A stretch of 64,000 nucleotides of DNA from positions 5,105 to 69,104 of the forward strand of contig JACQSC010000001.1 in the NCBI GenBank assembly GCA_016206155.1, written 5' to 3'. Positions 1 through 9,318 of the stretch are shown here, one piece after another. Position numbers and translations under genes: made by a program. The notes beneath the pieces were generated by a model. That model saw only the letters and a program-made list of their open reading frames with translations, was not told the DNA's origin and did no database searches. This DNA is from Candidatus Uhrbacteria bacterium. Its GTDB lineage: Bacteria; Patescibacteriota; Patescibacteriia; JACQRZ01. Positions within the stretch are counted from its first letter, which is position 1; each line of letters begins with the position of its first letter.

Positions 1-183
1 ATGGCGACATACATCATGATGTATATGATTGACGACCTCGTTGTCTTTGCGATTGCGCTCTATGGGATTAATAAAATAAGTTCGACAGCGCAGTACGCCA
101 AATGGTCATCGCTTCTGGGGGGCGTGCTCATGATTCTTCTCGGCATTCTGATGGTTCTGCGCCCCGATCTCCTGATTCTATGA
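1..183 (+). CDS. C-terminal part of a membrane protein (partial at window edge)
   Basis: Open frame from base 1 with two hydrophobic helices, ending LRPDLLIL. Confidence 0.6.
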   Translation: MATYIMMYMIDDLVVFAIALYGINKISSTAQYAKWSSLLGGVLMILLGILMVLRPDLLIL

Positions 184-187
184 TTCT

Positions 188-724
188 ATGCTTTTTCCTG
201 GTCACGCGGCAGCAGGATATCTGGTAGGGGTGGGTATTGTTGCGCTTACAGCGTCTCACCCGGACAGCACGTCGATGTTTTTATGGATTGGCGCTGTTTG
301 TGGTGCGATGCCAGACATCGATATGTTTGCCGCATTTGCGCGCACGCGCTCGCTTGTGATAGAGAATGAGAAACAATCGCATCGAGCATATATCACTCAT
401 ACGCCGCTGTTTTGGGCTGTCATGGCTTTTTTTATGTTTCTTGCAAGCCGTAATGCGCTGTTTGCGCTTATTGTCTTGCTTGCTCCACTGAGCCACCTTT
501 TTCTTGACTCGCTCGAGGACGAGATCCAATGGCTGGGCCCCTGGTCAAAGAAGGGCTACCGGATATTCAAAAGCAGAAAAGACCTCGCCGTTCCGCGGCA
601 TGACTTTTTTTCTTTTTGGGGAAAGTTTTTATTCTGGTATTGGACGAACCGTCGCCTCACGGCGGCCTTGGAAATAGCGCTTATCGTTTCAGCGCTGTTG
701 ACAGGATTTCTCGCAATTCGTTGA
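188..724 (+). CDS. Membrane-bound metal-dependent hydrolase (YdjM-like)
   Basis: N-terminal H, PDID, HRxxTH and SHLFLD motifs. Confidence 0.8.
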   Translation: MLFPGHAAAGYLVGVGIVALTASHPDSTSMFLWIGAVCGAMPDIDMFAAFARTRSLVIENEKQSHRAYITHTPLFWAVMAFFMFLASRNALFALIVLLAPLSHLFLDSLEDEIQWLGPWSKKGYRIFKSRKDLAVPRHDFFSFWGKFLFWYWTNRRLTAALEIALIVSALLTGFLAIR

Positions 725-2027
725 TGGGCAGTGCAAAGCCAATGTTTTCTGAGCCAATGACGGTTGCGACATTGACACCCACGGCGCGACCGGCAAAGTC
801 AAGGAGTGGACCGCCGGAGTTTCCCGGGTTAATCGCCGCGTCTGTCTGAATAACGTTTTCAAGTTTTGTAACAGCGCCATCCGTATCTTTTGCGTTGATT
901 GTCCTTTTTAGTCCCGATACAATACCGACAGAAATAGTATTACCAAACTCGCCCAGGGCGTTGCCGATTGCAATAACGCTTTCCCCAAGGCGGAGATTGT
1001 CAGAATTGCTGAGAGGAATGACCGGGTATCCGCCATCGGCGATTTTTATAATCGCGATGTCATGGTCGGCGTCGCGATAAAAAACCTTAGCCGGCTTCTG
1101 CGTACCGTCAGAAAGGAGCGCGGTATAGGAGGCCTGGGTGTCAGCGACAACATGCTTGTTTGTGACAATATAGCCATCTGGTGTCGCAAAAAAACCTGTT
1201 CCAGCTCCGACCTTCTTGCGCTCTACACCTTTTTTTTGAAAAACAGGCACGCGAACGTCGACTCCTTTAAGTCGTGGATCATTTTCAAAGGGGTTAACCA
1301 GAACGCGCTCAAGAAGGGGAACATCTTTTGATACAACAACGGAAACAACCGCCTTAGATGCCGCTTCAACGATCTTTGGCAAGACCTCTTCACGCGATCC
1401 TTCTAGAAGACCTCCTTCTTGTCCTTTTAGTCCATTGATTTCACTGTTGAGCGTTGCAATATGGCCTTCTAGCATTTTTACGGCGCCCTCAAGCGCGGCG
1501 ATGCGATCTTGGAGCGGAGCGTCGGCCTTGAGCGTGGAAGACTCAAGGCGAGAGACCGCTGATGGGGAAATTGCCTCAATGTCTGCATTTTTTGCGCCAA
1601 GCCCCAACTCGCGCATGACGCGAAACGCATCATTAGGCCGACCGAGAAAATACCGCTTCAGGTCGTTCGGATTGATATACCACGCCTGTCCCTGATCCTC
1701 AACTTGTAAGACGATTGTTCCGGCAAGACGTCTGGCAAATGCCGGATCTCCTGCAATTTCATCTGATTTTCCAATACGCGCAAGATCGCGGTTAGAAATG
1801 CCAAGGCCGAGGTCACGCATGATGCGAAACGCATCGTCAGGCCGGCCGAGAAAATATCGTTTGAGATTCTTGGGATTGACATACCACGCTTCGCCGTTTT
1901 TCTCTACTTGTAGGAGGATGCGTCCGGCAAGGCGGTTTGGCGTCGCAGCCGCAGCGTCGCGGGGATCATGGAGAGATCCGGATAGAATGAGAAGGAGCGC
2001 CGAAAAAATGAGAAGTGAATTTTTCAT
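681..2027 (-). CDS. HtrA/DegP-like trypsin serine protease with signal peptide, two N-terminal repeat modules and a coiled coil; no PDZ domain
   Basis: TNKHVV, DIAIIK and IQTDAAINPGNSGGPL catalytic-triad motifs. Confidence 0.9.
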   Translation of the reverse strand: MKNSLLIFSALLLILSGSLHDPRDAAAATPNRLAGRILLQVEKNGEAWYVNPKNLKRYFLGRPDDAFRIMRDLGLGISNRDLARIGKSDEIAGDPAFARRLAGTIVLQVEDQGQAWYINPNDLKRYFLGRPNDAFRVMRELGLGAKNADIEAISPSAVSRLESSTLKADAPLQDRIAALEGAVKMLEGHIATLNSEINGLKGQEGGLLEGSREEVLPKIVEAASKAVVSVVVSKDVPLLERVLVNPFENDPRLKGVDVRVPVFQKKGVERKKVGAGTGFFATPDGYIVTNKHVVADTQASYTALLSDGTQKPAKVFYRDADHDIAIIKIADGGYPVIPLSNSDNLRLGESVIAIGNALGEFGNTISVGIVSGLKRTINAKDTDGAVTKLENVIQTDAAINPGNSGGPLLDFAGRAVGVNVATVIGSENIGFALPINELREILSTALKR

Positions 2028-2103
2028 ATAAAAAAAGTATAGAATATATTTACGGGATATTCAAGATGTGGTATACTTGTTGCATAAGTCATAGGAAACA
2101 TAT

Positions 2104-2871
2104 ATGGATCAACTCGCCGCCACAGGTGCCGATATTGCAAGCGCATATCTTTTACTGGGCATTCTCATGACTGCAATCGTGCTTGCGCTCCTGATTGTTT
2201 TTTTTGTTTCGCCAAAGGCGTTTCCCAGAAAGGAATACATGGGCGCTGTCTGGCCGCTGTTCAAACGGCATTTCTGGCTGTTGCTTGCCATCGTAATCAT
2301 CCAGCAGGTTCTGGCAAACCTTCCGTCAGCCATAACGGGCGTTGCGCAGGGTTTGTTTAGTCTTGGCGAGAATGAGCCGATTAGCGCGATCCTGAGTTTT
2401 GTCGCCATGATCGTCATTGTCACAATTCTTCAGGCGGGTCTGGTTGGCATTATGCTTACCGTTGTTTCTGGGGGCACGCCGCGCCTTGGCGATCTTTTTT
2501 CGAAAACGCGCGTGTTCTGGCGCTATCTGGGTTGTTCGATTCTTTACGGACTCATTACGGTTGGCGGATTTTTTCTGTTAGTGTTTCCCGGTGTGATCTG
2601 GTTCCTTAAGTTTTCCCTTTGGTCGTACTTTATTGTCGATAAAAATGCCGGTGTTATTGAGGCGTTGAAGATGAGTAGCCAAGCAACAAAAGGGTACAAG
2701 CCCTCACTCTTCGTTTTGTACATCTATCTTATGTCGCTGAATCTGCTTGGCCTGAGCGCGCTTTTCGTTGGATTTTTTGTGACCGCGCCCATGACACTTC
2801 TGATACTTGCGTGGGTGTATCGTCGGTTGAGCGGCGGTGTTGGCACTCCTTCCGCTGTCCCCAAGCCGTAG
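2104..2871 (+). CDS. Integral membrane protein (DUF975/GDPD-membrane-like)
   Basis: Multiple TM helices; 'PGV..FLKFS...Y.IVD....IEALK.S...TKG' pattern. Confidence 0.65.
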   Translation: MDQLAATGADIASAYLLLGILMTAIVLALLIVFFVSPKAFPRKEYMGAVWPLFKRHFWLLLAIVIIQQVLANLPSAITGVAQGLFSLGENEPISAILSFVAMIVIVTILQAGLVGIMLTVVSGGTPRLGDLFSKTRVFWRYLGCSILYGLITVGGFFLLVFPGVIWFLKFSLWSYFIVDKNAGVIEALKMSSQATKGYKPSLFVLYIYLMSLNLLGLSALFVGFFVTAPMTLLILAWVYRRLSGGVGTPSAVPKP

Positions 2872-2924
2872 GGTGTTGACCGTGCTCGCAAACAAGCGTA
2901 TGTTTTCATACGGGTTTTTGATAT

Positions 2925-3476
2925 ATGCATTTTTTACGTTTTGTCATTGCCGTTTTTGCGCTGACGGTTATCCCGATCCTCGTCGGTGTCGGGGTTGTTA
3001 TTTTTTCAAATACCCTTAAACCCTCCACGGGTTTGGCTGTATTTGACAACCGTGATTTTGGCATATCATTTTCCTATCCATCGGAGTGGAAAAAAGAGTA
3101 TCCATCAAAAACGATGATTCGTTTTTCTCAGGACCCAGTTGCCATGATCTTTGAGGGGAAGGAGCTGGATGCGCAAAAAATCCGCACGCTTGCAAAGTAC
3201 ACAAAAGAAAATCTCAGCGAGATCGCAGAGTCGGCGGAGGCATCGGGGTTTACTTATGTATTGGAAGAATCGGCGCCGGCGATGCTTGGCGGAAAAGAGG
3301 CGCATCGTATTTCTGTACTGATGGAGAAAGAGTGGCATACGCTTCGCGTCGTGCAAGTATGGAGTATCGTAAACGATCGAATCTATGCAGTGTCGTTTTC
3401 CGCGCCTCTCAATGGCTGGCCCACTGCTGTACAATCGTTTGAAAACGTGCTTCAATCACTCAAAATAAGGGATTAG
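2925..3476 (+). CDS. Membrane-anchored PsbP/DcrB-like protein
   Basis: N-terminal TM; FSYPSEW motif; 'LGGKEA...VQVWSI..DRIYAVSF' pattern. Confidence 0.65.
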   Translation: MHFLRFVIAVFALTVIPILVGVGVVIFSNTLKPSTGLAVFDNRDFGISFSYPSEWKKEYPSKTMIRFSQDPVAMIFEGKELDAQKIRTLAKYTKENLSEIAESAEASGFTYVLEESAPAMLGGKEAHRISVLMEKEWHTLRVVQVWSIVNDRIYAVSFSAPLNGWPTAVQSFENVLQSLKIRD

Positions 3477-3531
3477 GTTATATGGATTAGGGACTAGTAT
3501 TTACTAACCCCTAACCCCTAACCCCTAACCC
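3468..3531. repeat. Heptamer tandem repeat (CTAACCC x4) preceded by degenerate complementary G-rich heptamers
   Basis: ctaacccctaacccctaacccctaaccc at 3504-3531; agggatt/agggact copies just upstream. Confidence 0.85.
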
Positions 3532-3539
3532 CTTGTTTG

Positions 3540-4247
3540 ATGCAAGCAGTTATTTTAGCAGCCGGTGAAGGCAAGCGTCTTCGCCCCCTCACCAACGATC
3601 ACCCTAAGCCGATGGTGCTTGTGGGCGGAAAACCAATTCTCGAATATACATTGAGCATCTTGCCCAATATCATCGACGAGGTCATTCTTGTCGTTGGCTA
3701 CAAACAGGAAAAAATAAAAGAATATTTCGGCGATGCGTGGCAAGGGCGGCGTCTACAGTATGCGGATCAGCCCGAGCCAAAGGGGACCGGTGATGCGTTG
3801 GTCCGTGCGCGACCGTTTTTGAACGGCGAACCGTTTTTGATGCTCTTTGCCGATGATCTATATCACCCCGACGATTTAGCTACACTCGTTGAGAGCGAAC
3901 ATCCCGCGATTCTTGTGAAAGAACATGAACAGCCCGAACGGATGGGGGTGTGTACGGTGTCAGACGACGGAACACTGCTTGAGTTGGTTGAGAAGCCGGC
4001 ATTTCCATTAGGCAACCTCGTGAACGTCGGCCCTTCTTTTCTGCACCATGATATTTTTGATCTTGCAATCCACGAACCACTGCTGGCAAATGGCGAGAGC
4101 TGCCTTCCAGAACAAATCGCACGGTTGGCAAAAATACGTACGGTAAAGGCGGTGCGTGCGCGATTCTGGCATCCGATCGGGTATCCGGAAGATCTCAAGT
4201 CTGCGCGCACACACCTTGAAAAAAGTTTGGAAGACCGAACCAACTAA
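3540..4247 (+). CDS. Sugar-phosphate nucleotidyltransferase (NTP_transferase family)
   Basis: AVILAAGEGKRLRPLT..PKPM signature; QPEPKGTGDAL. Confidence 0.9.
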   Translation: MQAVILAAGEGKRLRPLTNDHPKPMVLVGGKPILEYTLSILPNIIDEVILVVGYKQEKIKEYFGDAWQGRRLQYADQPEPKGTGDALVRARPFLNGEPFLMLFADDLYHPDDLATLVESEHPAILVKEHEQPERMGVCTVSDDGTLLELVEKPAFPLGNLVNVGPSFLHHDIFDLAIHEPLLANGESCLPEQIARLAKIRTVKAVRARFWHPIGYPEDLKSARTHLEKSLEDRTN

Positions 4248-4249
4248 CT

Positions 4250-5251
4250 ATGACATTTTTTGTAACTGGCGCAGGTGGATATATTGGATCTGTGGCAACC
4301 TATCTTTTTCTATCAAATGGCGTGCGCGTCATTGCCGTTGATGATTTTTCAACCGGATTTCGCGCGCCGCTGAACCTGCTTCGTGAGCGTTTTGATTCGC
4401 AGGTGACATGGTATGAGCGTGACGTTCGCGTCGGATGCGATGATATTTTCCAGATGCATCCCGACATTGATGTCGTGGTGCATTTTGCCGCGCGGTGCAG
4501 TGTTGATGAGTCTGTGGCAGATCCGCTCCTGTATTTTAATAGAAACGTCGCTGGGACGCTTGCCCTTCTGCGAAGTATGAAAACAGCGGGGATCAGACGC
4601 ATTGTCTTTTCCTCCACCTGCGCTGTATATGGCGATGCGCAGTACGTTCCGGTTGATGAGCACCATCCGTGCGTTCCGTGTAATCCGTACGGTGAATCTA
4701 AGCGAATGGTTGAGAAGATTCTTGAGCGGTGCGCGGCTCGCGGCGAACTCCAGTACATGGTGTTGCGCTATTTTAACGTATGCGGCGCATCTGATGACGG
4801 ACTCATCGGCGATTCAAAAAAACCATCGCTCCTGCTTGTGCAAAACGCCGTGCGCGGCGCGCTTGGCATCGAATCGTTTTATTTGACCTGCCAGGCTGTT
4901 GATACGCCCGATGGAACGCCGATTCGCGATTATGTGAATGTCGTTGATCTGTGCGATGCGCATTTGAAAGCGGCAGAACTTCTCATTGGAGGATATCATG
5001 ACGCCCTCCTGAATCTCGGTACCGGCGCAGGATTCTCTGTTCTTGAAATTCTCTCGGCCGTGGAGCAGATTACCGGAAAGACGCTTCAGCGAAAAGACAC
5101 GACGCCACGCAAAGGAGAATACGCGAAGATGATCGCGTCACATACGGCCGCGACACGTCTTCTTGGATGGAAGCCGCAGAGATCGATCCGAGAAAGCGTG
5201 GAGTCGTTGGTGCGATGGTATACGTCTCATCCGCATGGGTGGGAAAACTAG
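4250..5251 (+). CDS. galE: UDP-glucose 4-epimerase
   Basis: VTGAGGYIGS, HFAA, FSSTCAVYG, YGESK, LRYFN, DGTPIRDY motifs. Confidence 0.9.
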   Translation: MTFFVTGAGGYIGSVATYLFLSNGVRVIAVDDFSTGFRAPLNLLRERFDSQVTWYERDVRVGCDDIFQMHPDIDVVVHFAARCSVDESVADPLLYFNRNVAGTLALLRSMKTAGIRRIVFSSTCAVYGDAQYVPVDEHHPCVPCNPYGESKRMVEKILERCAARGELQYMVLRYFNVCGASDDGLIGDSKKPSLLLVQNAVRGALGIESFYLTCQAVDTPDGTPIRDYVNVVDLCDAHLKAAELLIGGYHDALLNLGTGAGFSVLEILSAVEQITGKTLQRKDTTPRKGEYAKMIASHTAATRLLGWKPQRSIRESVESLVRWYTSHPHGWEN

Positions 5252-5254
5252 CTT

Positions 5255-6451
5255 ATGAAAATCCTCATGATTGCAAGTCTGTATCGTCCCTATGTTCGCG
5301 GTGGAGCAGAGGTTGTTTTTCAGATGATTGTTGATGAGCTAAAGAAAAACCATGATGTGATTGTTGTGTCGACGTATCCCTGGCGCGGATTTCATTCGTT
5401 GATTCCGCAGCTATCGCAAGAAGAAGGAGTGCGCGTGTATCGATTTTTTCCGCTGAATATTTTTTCTTTTATCACGATTTTGCGACGTCCGTTTTTTCTT
5501 CGGGCGTTCTGGCATGTCTTTGATGCGTTCAACATTCACAGCTATTACGCCATTCGTTCACTCTTGAAAAAAGAACGCCCTGATGTTGTCATGACGCACA
5601 ACCTCAAAGGGATAGGACTCACCATTCCCCGCGCGATCGCGCGCATGCGCATACCGCACATCCACACGGTCCATGATATTGGGCTTGTGTATCCATCGGG
5701 CATTGTACTCTATGGTGAGGAGTCAACACGTGCCAATCGTTGCCTGGCATGTGTTTCCGGCGCGATAACACGCCGTCTCTTCGGCTCGCCGCGAGTGGTG
5801 ATATTCGCTTCTCGCTTTCTCAAAGATTTTTATGCGCGCCATTCATTTTTTTCGCAATCGCGCAGTGTGGTGATCCAGAATCCGATTTATCAAATCCCAG
5901 CGCCCGCGCGCGAACGTTCGCGCATCGCTAACGAGGGACCAACGATGTTTGCCTTTGTCGGTCAGCTCGAACCGCACAAGGGGATTAAATTTCTTCTTCG
6001 TTCGTGGCAGAACTGGAAGTGCGCCGATGTGCGGCTTCATATCGCTGGCGCGGGAAGCGATGAGGCGGCGGTGCGTCAAGCGACGGCGCGCGATTCGCGC
6101 ATCACGTATACCGGATACAGTCAGGACGTTCCGTCATTTCTTGCCAAGAGTTCGTTCGTGATTGTTCCTTCGCTCTGTTATGAAAACGCTCCTATGATTA
6201 TTTTTGAAAGCGGTGCAATGGGGATTCCGGTGGTTGTCGCTGACATCGGCGGCATGGCAGAGTATATTGAGGAAGGCGTCAATGGATTTTTGTTTTTGCC
6301 TGGCGATGAGCAGTCGCTCATTGACGCGCTGGAACGAGCCGCTACGGCGCGCGGACGGTATGCTGAACTTTCGCTGGCGGCAACATTATTCGCGGCGCCG
6401 CATACCTGTGAGCGATACTGCGCGTCTCTATTCCGAGAAGCGGATTTGTGA
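5255..6451 (+). CDS. Glycosyltransferase family 4
   Basis: GGAE, VGQLEPHKG, PSLCYENAPMIIFES...GIPVV motifs. Confidence 0.9.
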   Translation: MKILMIASLYRPYVRGGAEVVFQMIVDELKKNHDVIVVSTYPWRGFHSLIPQLSQEEGVRVYRFFPLNIFSFITILRRPFFLRAFWHVFDAFNIHSYYAIRSLLKKERPDVVMTHNLKGIGLTIPRAIARMRIPHIHTVHDIGLVYPSGIVLYGEESTRANRCLACVSGAITRRLFGSPRVVIFASRFLKDFYARHSFFSQSRSVVIQNPIYQIPAPARERSRIANEGPTMFAFVGQLEPHKGIKFLLRSWQNWKCADVRLHIAGAGSDEAAVRQATARDSRITYTGYSQDVPSFLAKSSFVIVPSLCYENAPMIIFESGAMGIPVVVADIGGMAEYIEEGVNGFLFLPGDEQSLIDALERAATARGRYAELSLAATLFAAPHTCERYCASLFREADL

Positions 6452-6464
6452 TATACTGTACTCT

Positions 6465-6740
6465 ATGAATCGTGCGAAGATGTTCCGCTCTTTGGATCGT
6501 TTTTTGATTAGCGAAATTCATCACTGGGGGATTCCAATTTTGCGTGTTGCATTAGTGGTTGTGTTTTTCTGGTTTGGCGCGCTAAAAATTCTGGGCGCCA
6601 CGCCGGTGGTGAATCTCTTTGCTGAAACATATTCATTTTTTCCAACAGAATCCTTTCTTCTCATACTCGGATGGTGGGAGGTGATAATCGGCGCCGGACT
6701 TGTGATCTACGGTTATGAAATTAAGCGGCACGCATCATGA
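6465..6740 (+). pseudogene. Truncated DUF417/YkgB-like membrane protein
   Basis: 'LRVALVVVFFWFGALK...EVIIGAGL' N-terminal half only; runs directly into the next gene. Confidence 0.5.
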
Positions 6741-9253
6741 CATTCTCTCAATACACGACTCAAGCGGTTGATGAGATTCTTTTTGGGTTGAACACCTCTC
6801 GCGCGACAGGCCTCTCAAGCGATGAGGCGCGCACGCGGCGTGGCCAATATGGCGCGAATGAAATAGTGCGACGCGAGACAACCTTGCGCGATCTTCTGAT
6901 ACGCCAATTCCGTTCGTCGTTCATCTATCTTCTTCTTGCGGCAGCGTTTATCTCGTTTCTCCTTGGTGAGATCATCGACGGGCTTCTCATCGTATTGTTT
7001 GTTCTTATCAATGTCAGTTTAGGATTTTTCCAAGAATATCGGTCGCATAAGACCATTGCGCTACTCAAGCAATACATGCTACCGCATGCGACGGTGCTGC
7101 GCGACGGTGCGCAGGGCTCTGTCGCGCGTTCAACGGTAGTCCCCGGAGATATTATTGTTGTCCAGCCCGGCGCGATGGTTCCCGCAGACGTACGATGGAT
7201 TGATGCGAACGATCTGGCTATTGACGAGTCTGCGCTGACCGGTGAGTCCGCGCCGGCTCTGAAAGGCTCGTTTCATCTAGCGCATGCCGCACAAGAAATT
7301 TTTCAGGCAATAAATATCGGATTTGCCGGCACAACCGTCGTGCGCGGCCGAGGCACCGGAGTTGTGATTGCCATAGGCGCGAGAAGCGCCTTTGGATCTG
7401 TTGCGGCGCTTGCCACAGAGACCGAACGTTCAGGTTCCTTGGAACAGGGACTGACCTCCTTTTCCAGTTTTATCCTTCGGCTCGTGCTTCTGACGCTCGC
7501 GGTCCTTTTTCTCATCAATATAGCGCTTAAGGGCGATTCGCTTTCATGGGCGCGCTTGTTGGTTTTTTCTATTGCGTTGGCCGTCAGCGTTATTCCGGAA
7601 GCCTTGCCGCTCGTGATGACGTTTTCTCTTTCACATGGCGCACGGCGCCTCGCGCAAAAAAAAGTCGTGGTCAAGCGCTTGGCAGCCATTGAAAACCTTG
7701 GGAGCATTGACGTATTGTGCACCGACAAGACGGGCACATTGACAGAAAACGTGCTTACGGTTGCGCACATTCTTCCACGCAAAAAGAGCGATCCGCTTTT
7801 TTGGGCATGCGCGGGAACACCGCATATTGCGGACCACGTGCAGCGCGATCCGTTTGACATTGCTTTCTGGAATGCGCTTGCCCCCAATCAACGCAACGAT
7901 GTCATGCGCTTTGAGCGCTCCGCCGAAATTCCGTTTGATCCTGTGCGGCGACGCAACACCACCGCGGTCCGAAATGGGAGGTCGCTCATTGTCATTAGCC
8001 GCGGCGCCTATGAACACATTGTACCGCTCTGTGCCGCGATACCAAAAAAAGAGCGTGAAACACAGGAGCAATGGATTGCAGACGAAGGACGGGACGGGAG
8101 GCGCGTGGTCGCCATTTCAATTCGAACCGTTCAAAAAAAGGATGGCGCGGATTTAAAAAAAGATGAAACCCGGATGCGCTTTGCCGGACTCATTTCTCTT
8201 GCCGACCCGCTGAAACGAAGCAGCAAAGACGCCGTTTTTAAGGCTCGAGAACTGGGTGTTCAGCTTAAGATGCTTACGGGTGATAGTCCCGAAGTCGCCG
8301 GCGCTGTTGCGCGCGCCATCGGACTTGCCGAATCGGAACATGACGTTATGACCGGCAGTTCATTTGACCACCTTACGATCGACGAGCAGCGGCAAGCCGT
8401 TGAACGGATTAACGTTTTTGCGCGCGTTAATCCCGAGCAGAAGTTCCGCATTATTCAGCTGCTGCAGCATACGCATACTGTTGGATTTCTCGGTGAGGGA
8501 ATTAACGATGCGCCAGCACTCAAGCTAGCGCATGTTGCGCTCGTGGTGCAGGGTGGCGCTGACATCGCGCGCGAAGCGGCGGACATCGTTCTTTTGAAAA
8601 AAAATCTTGGCGTCATCGTCGACGGGATCCAGGAGGGACGAGAGGTATTTGTCAACACGCTCAAGTATATTCGCGCAACGCTTGCATCCAACTTCGGCAA
8701 CTTTTACGCCGTTGCGGTTTCGTCACTGTTTATTCCTTTTTTGCCGATGCTGCCGCTGCAGATTTTGCTGGTGAACCTTCTTTCAGATTTTCCAATGATC
8801 GCGATTGCAACCGACCGCGTTGATCGCCAGGATGTCAAAAAACCGCGCACATACCACATTCGCGACATCGCCCTGATCACAACGCTTCTTGGCCTCGTGA
8901 GCACGATCTTCGATTTTATCTTCTTTGCGTTATTTCGCGGATTTGATCCGGGGATTTTGCAAACAAACTGGTTTATGGGCAGCATCCTTACTGAGCTTGC
9001 GTTTCTTTTCTCAATACGGACGAATCGTTTTTTTCTAAAAGCGCAGGCGCCGTCCCTGTCCCTGGCAGGGTTTTCCGCACTCGCCATTGCCGCAACGATT
9101 GTTTTGCCCTATACGAGCATAGGGCAGAGACTATTTTTATTTATCCCGCCAAGCAGCACACACCTGATTATTATTTTTACACTTGTTGGCGCATATCTTG
9201 CGGTATCCGAGGCAGTGAAGCTTATGTACTATCGCCACGTTGCGCACTCGTAG
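6737..9253 (+). CDS. mgtA: P-type ATPase, Mg2+-transporting (MgtA-like)
   Basis: DESALTGES, PEALP, CTDKTGTLT, TGDS, GEGINDAPAL, SNFGN, PFLPMLPLQILLVNLLSD. Confidence 0.85.
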   Translation: MTFSQYTTQAVDEILFGLNTSRATGLSSDEARTRRGQYGANEIVRRETTLRDLLIRQFRSSFIYLLLAAAFISFLLGEIIDGLLIVLFVLINVSLGFFQEYRSHKTIALLKQYMLPHATVLRDGAQGSVARSTVVPGDIIVVQPGAMVPADVRWIDANDLAIDESALTGESAPALKGSFHLAHAAQEIFQAINIGFAGTTVVRGRGTGVVIAIGARSAFGSVAALATETERSGSLEQGLTSFSSFILRLVLLTLAVLFLINIALKGDSLSWARLLVFSIALAVSVIPEALPLVMTFSLSHGARRLAQKKVVVKRLAAIENLGSIDVLCTDKTGTLTENVLTVAHILPRKKSDPLFWACAGTPHIADHVQRDPFDIAFWNALAPNQRNDVMRFERSAEIPFDPVRRRNTTAVRNGRSLIVISRGAYEHIVPLCAAIPKKERETQEQWIADEGRDGRRVVAISIRTVQKKDGADLKKDETRMRFAGLISLADPLKRSSKDAVFKARELGVQLKMLTGDSPEVAGAVARAIGLAESEHDVMTGSSFDHLTIDEQRQAVERINVFARVNPEQKFRIIQLLQHTHTVGFLGEGINDAPALKLAHVALVVQGGADIAREAADIVLLKKNLGVIVDGIQEGREVFVNTLKYIRATLASNFGNFYAVAVSSLFIPFLPMLPLQILLVNLLSDFPMIAIATDRVDRQDVKKPRTYHIRDIALITTLLGLVSTIFDFIFFALFRGFDPGILQTNWFMGSILTELAFLFSIRTNRFFLKAQAPSLSLAGFSALAIAATIVLPYTSIGQRLFLFIPPSSTHLIIIFTLVGAYLAVSEAVKLMYYRHVAHS

Positions 9254-9318
9254 AACCGTGGCGTTGCGGAAAAATAATTACCGTGCTACAAAGAAAAGGT
9301 ATTCACGCTTCTTTTTTT

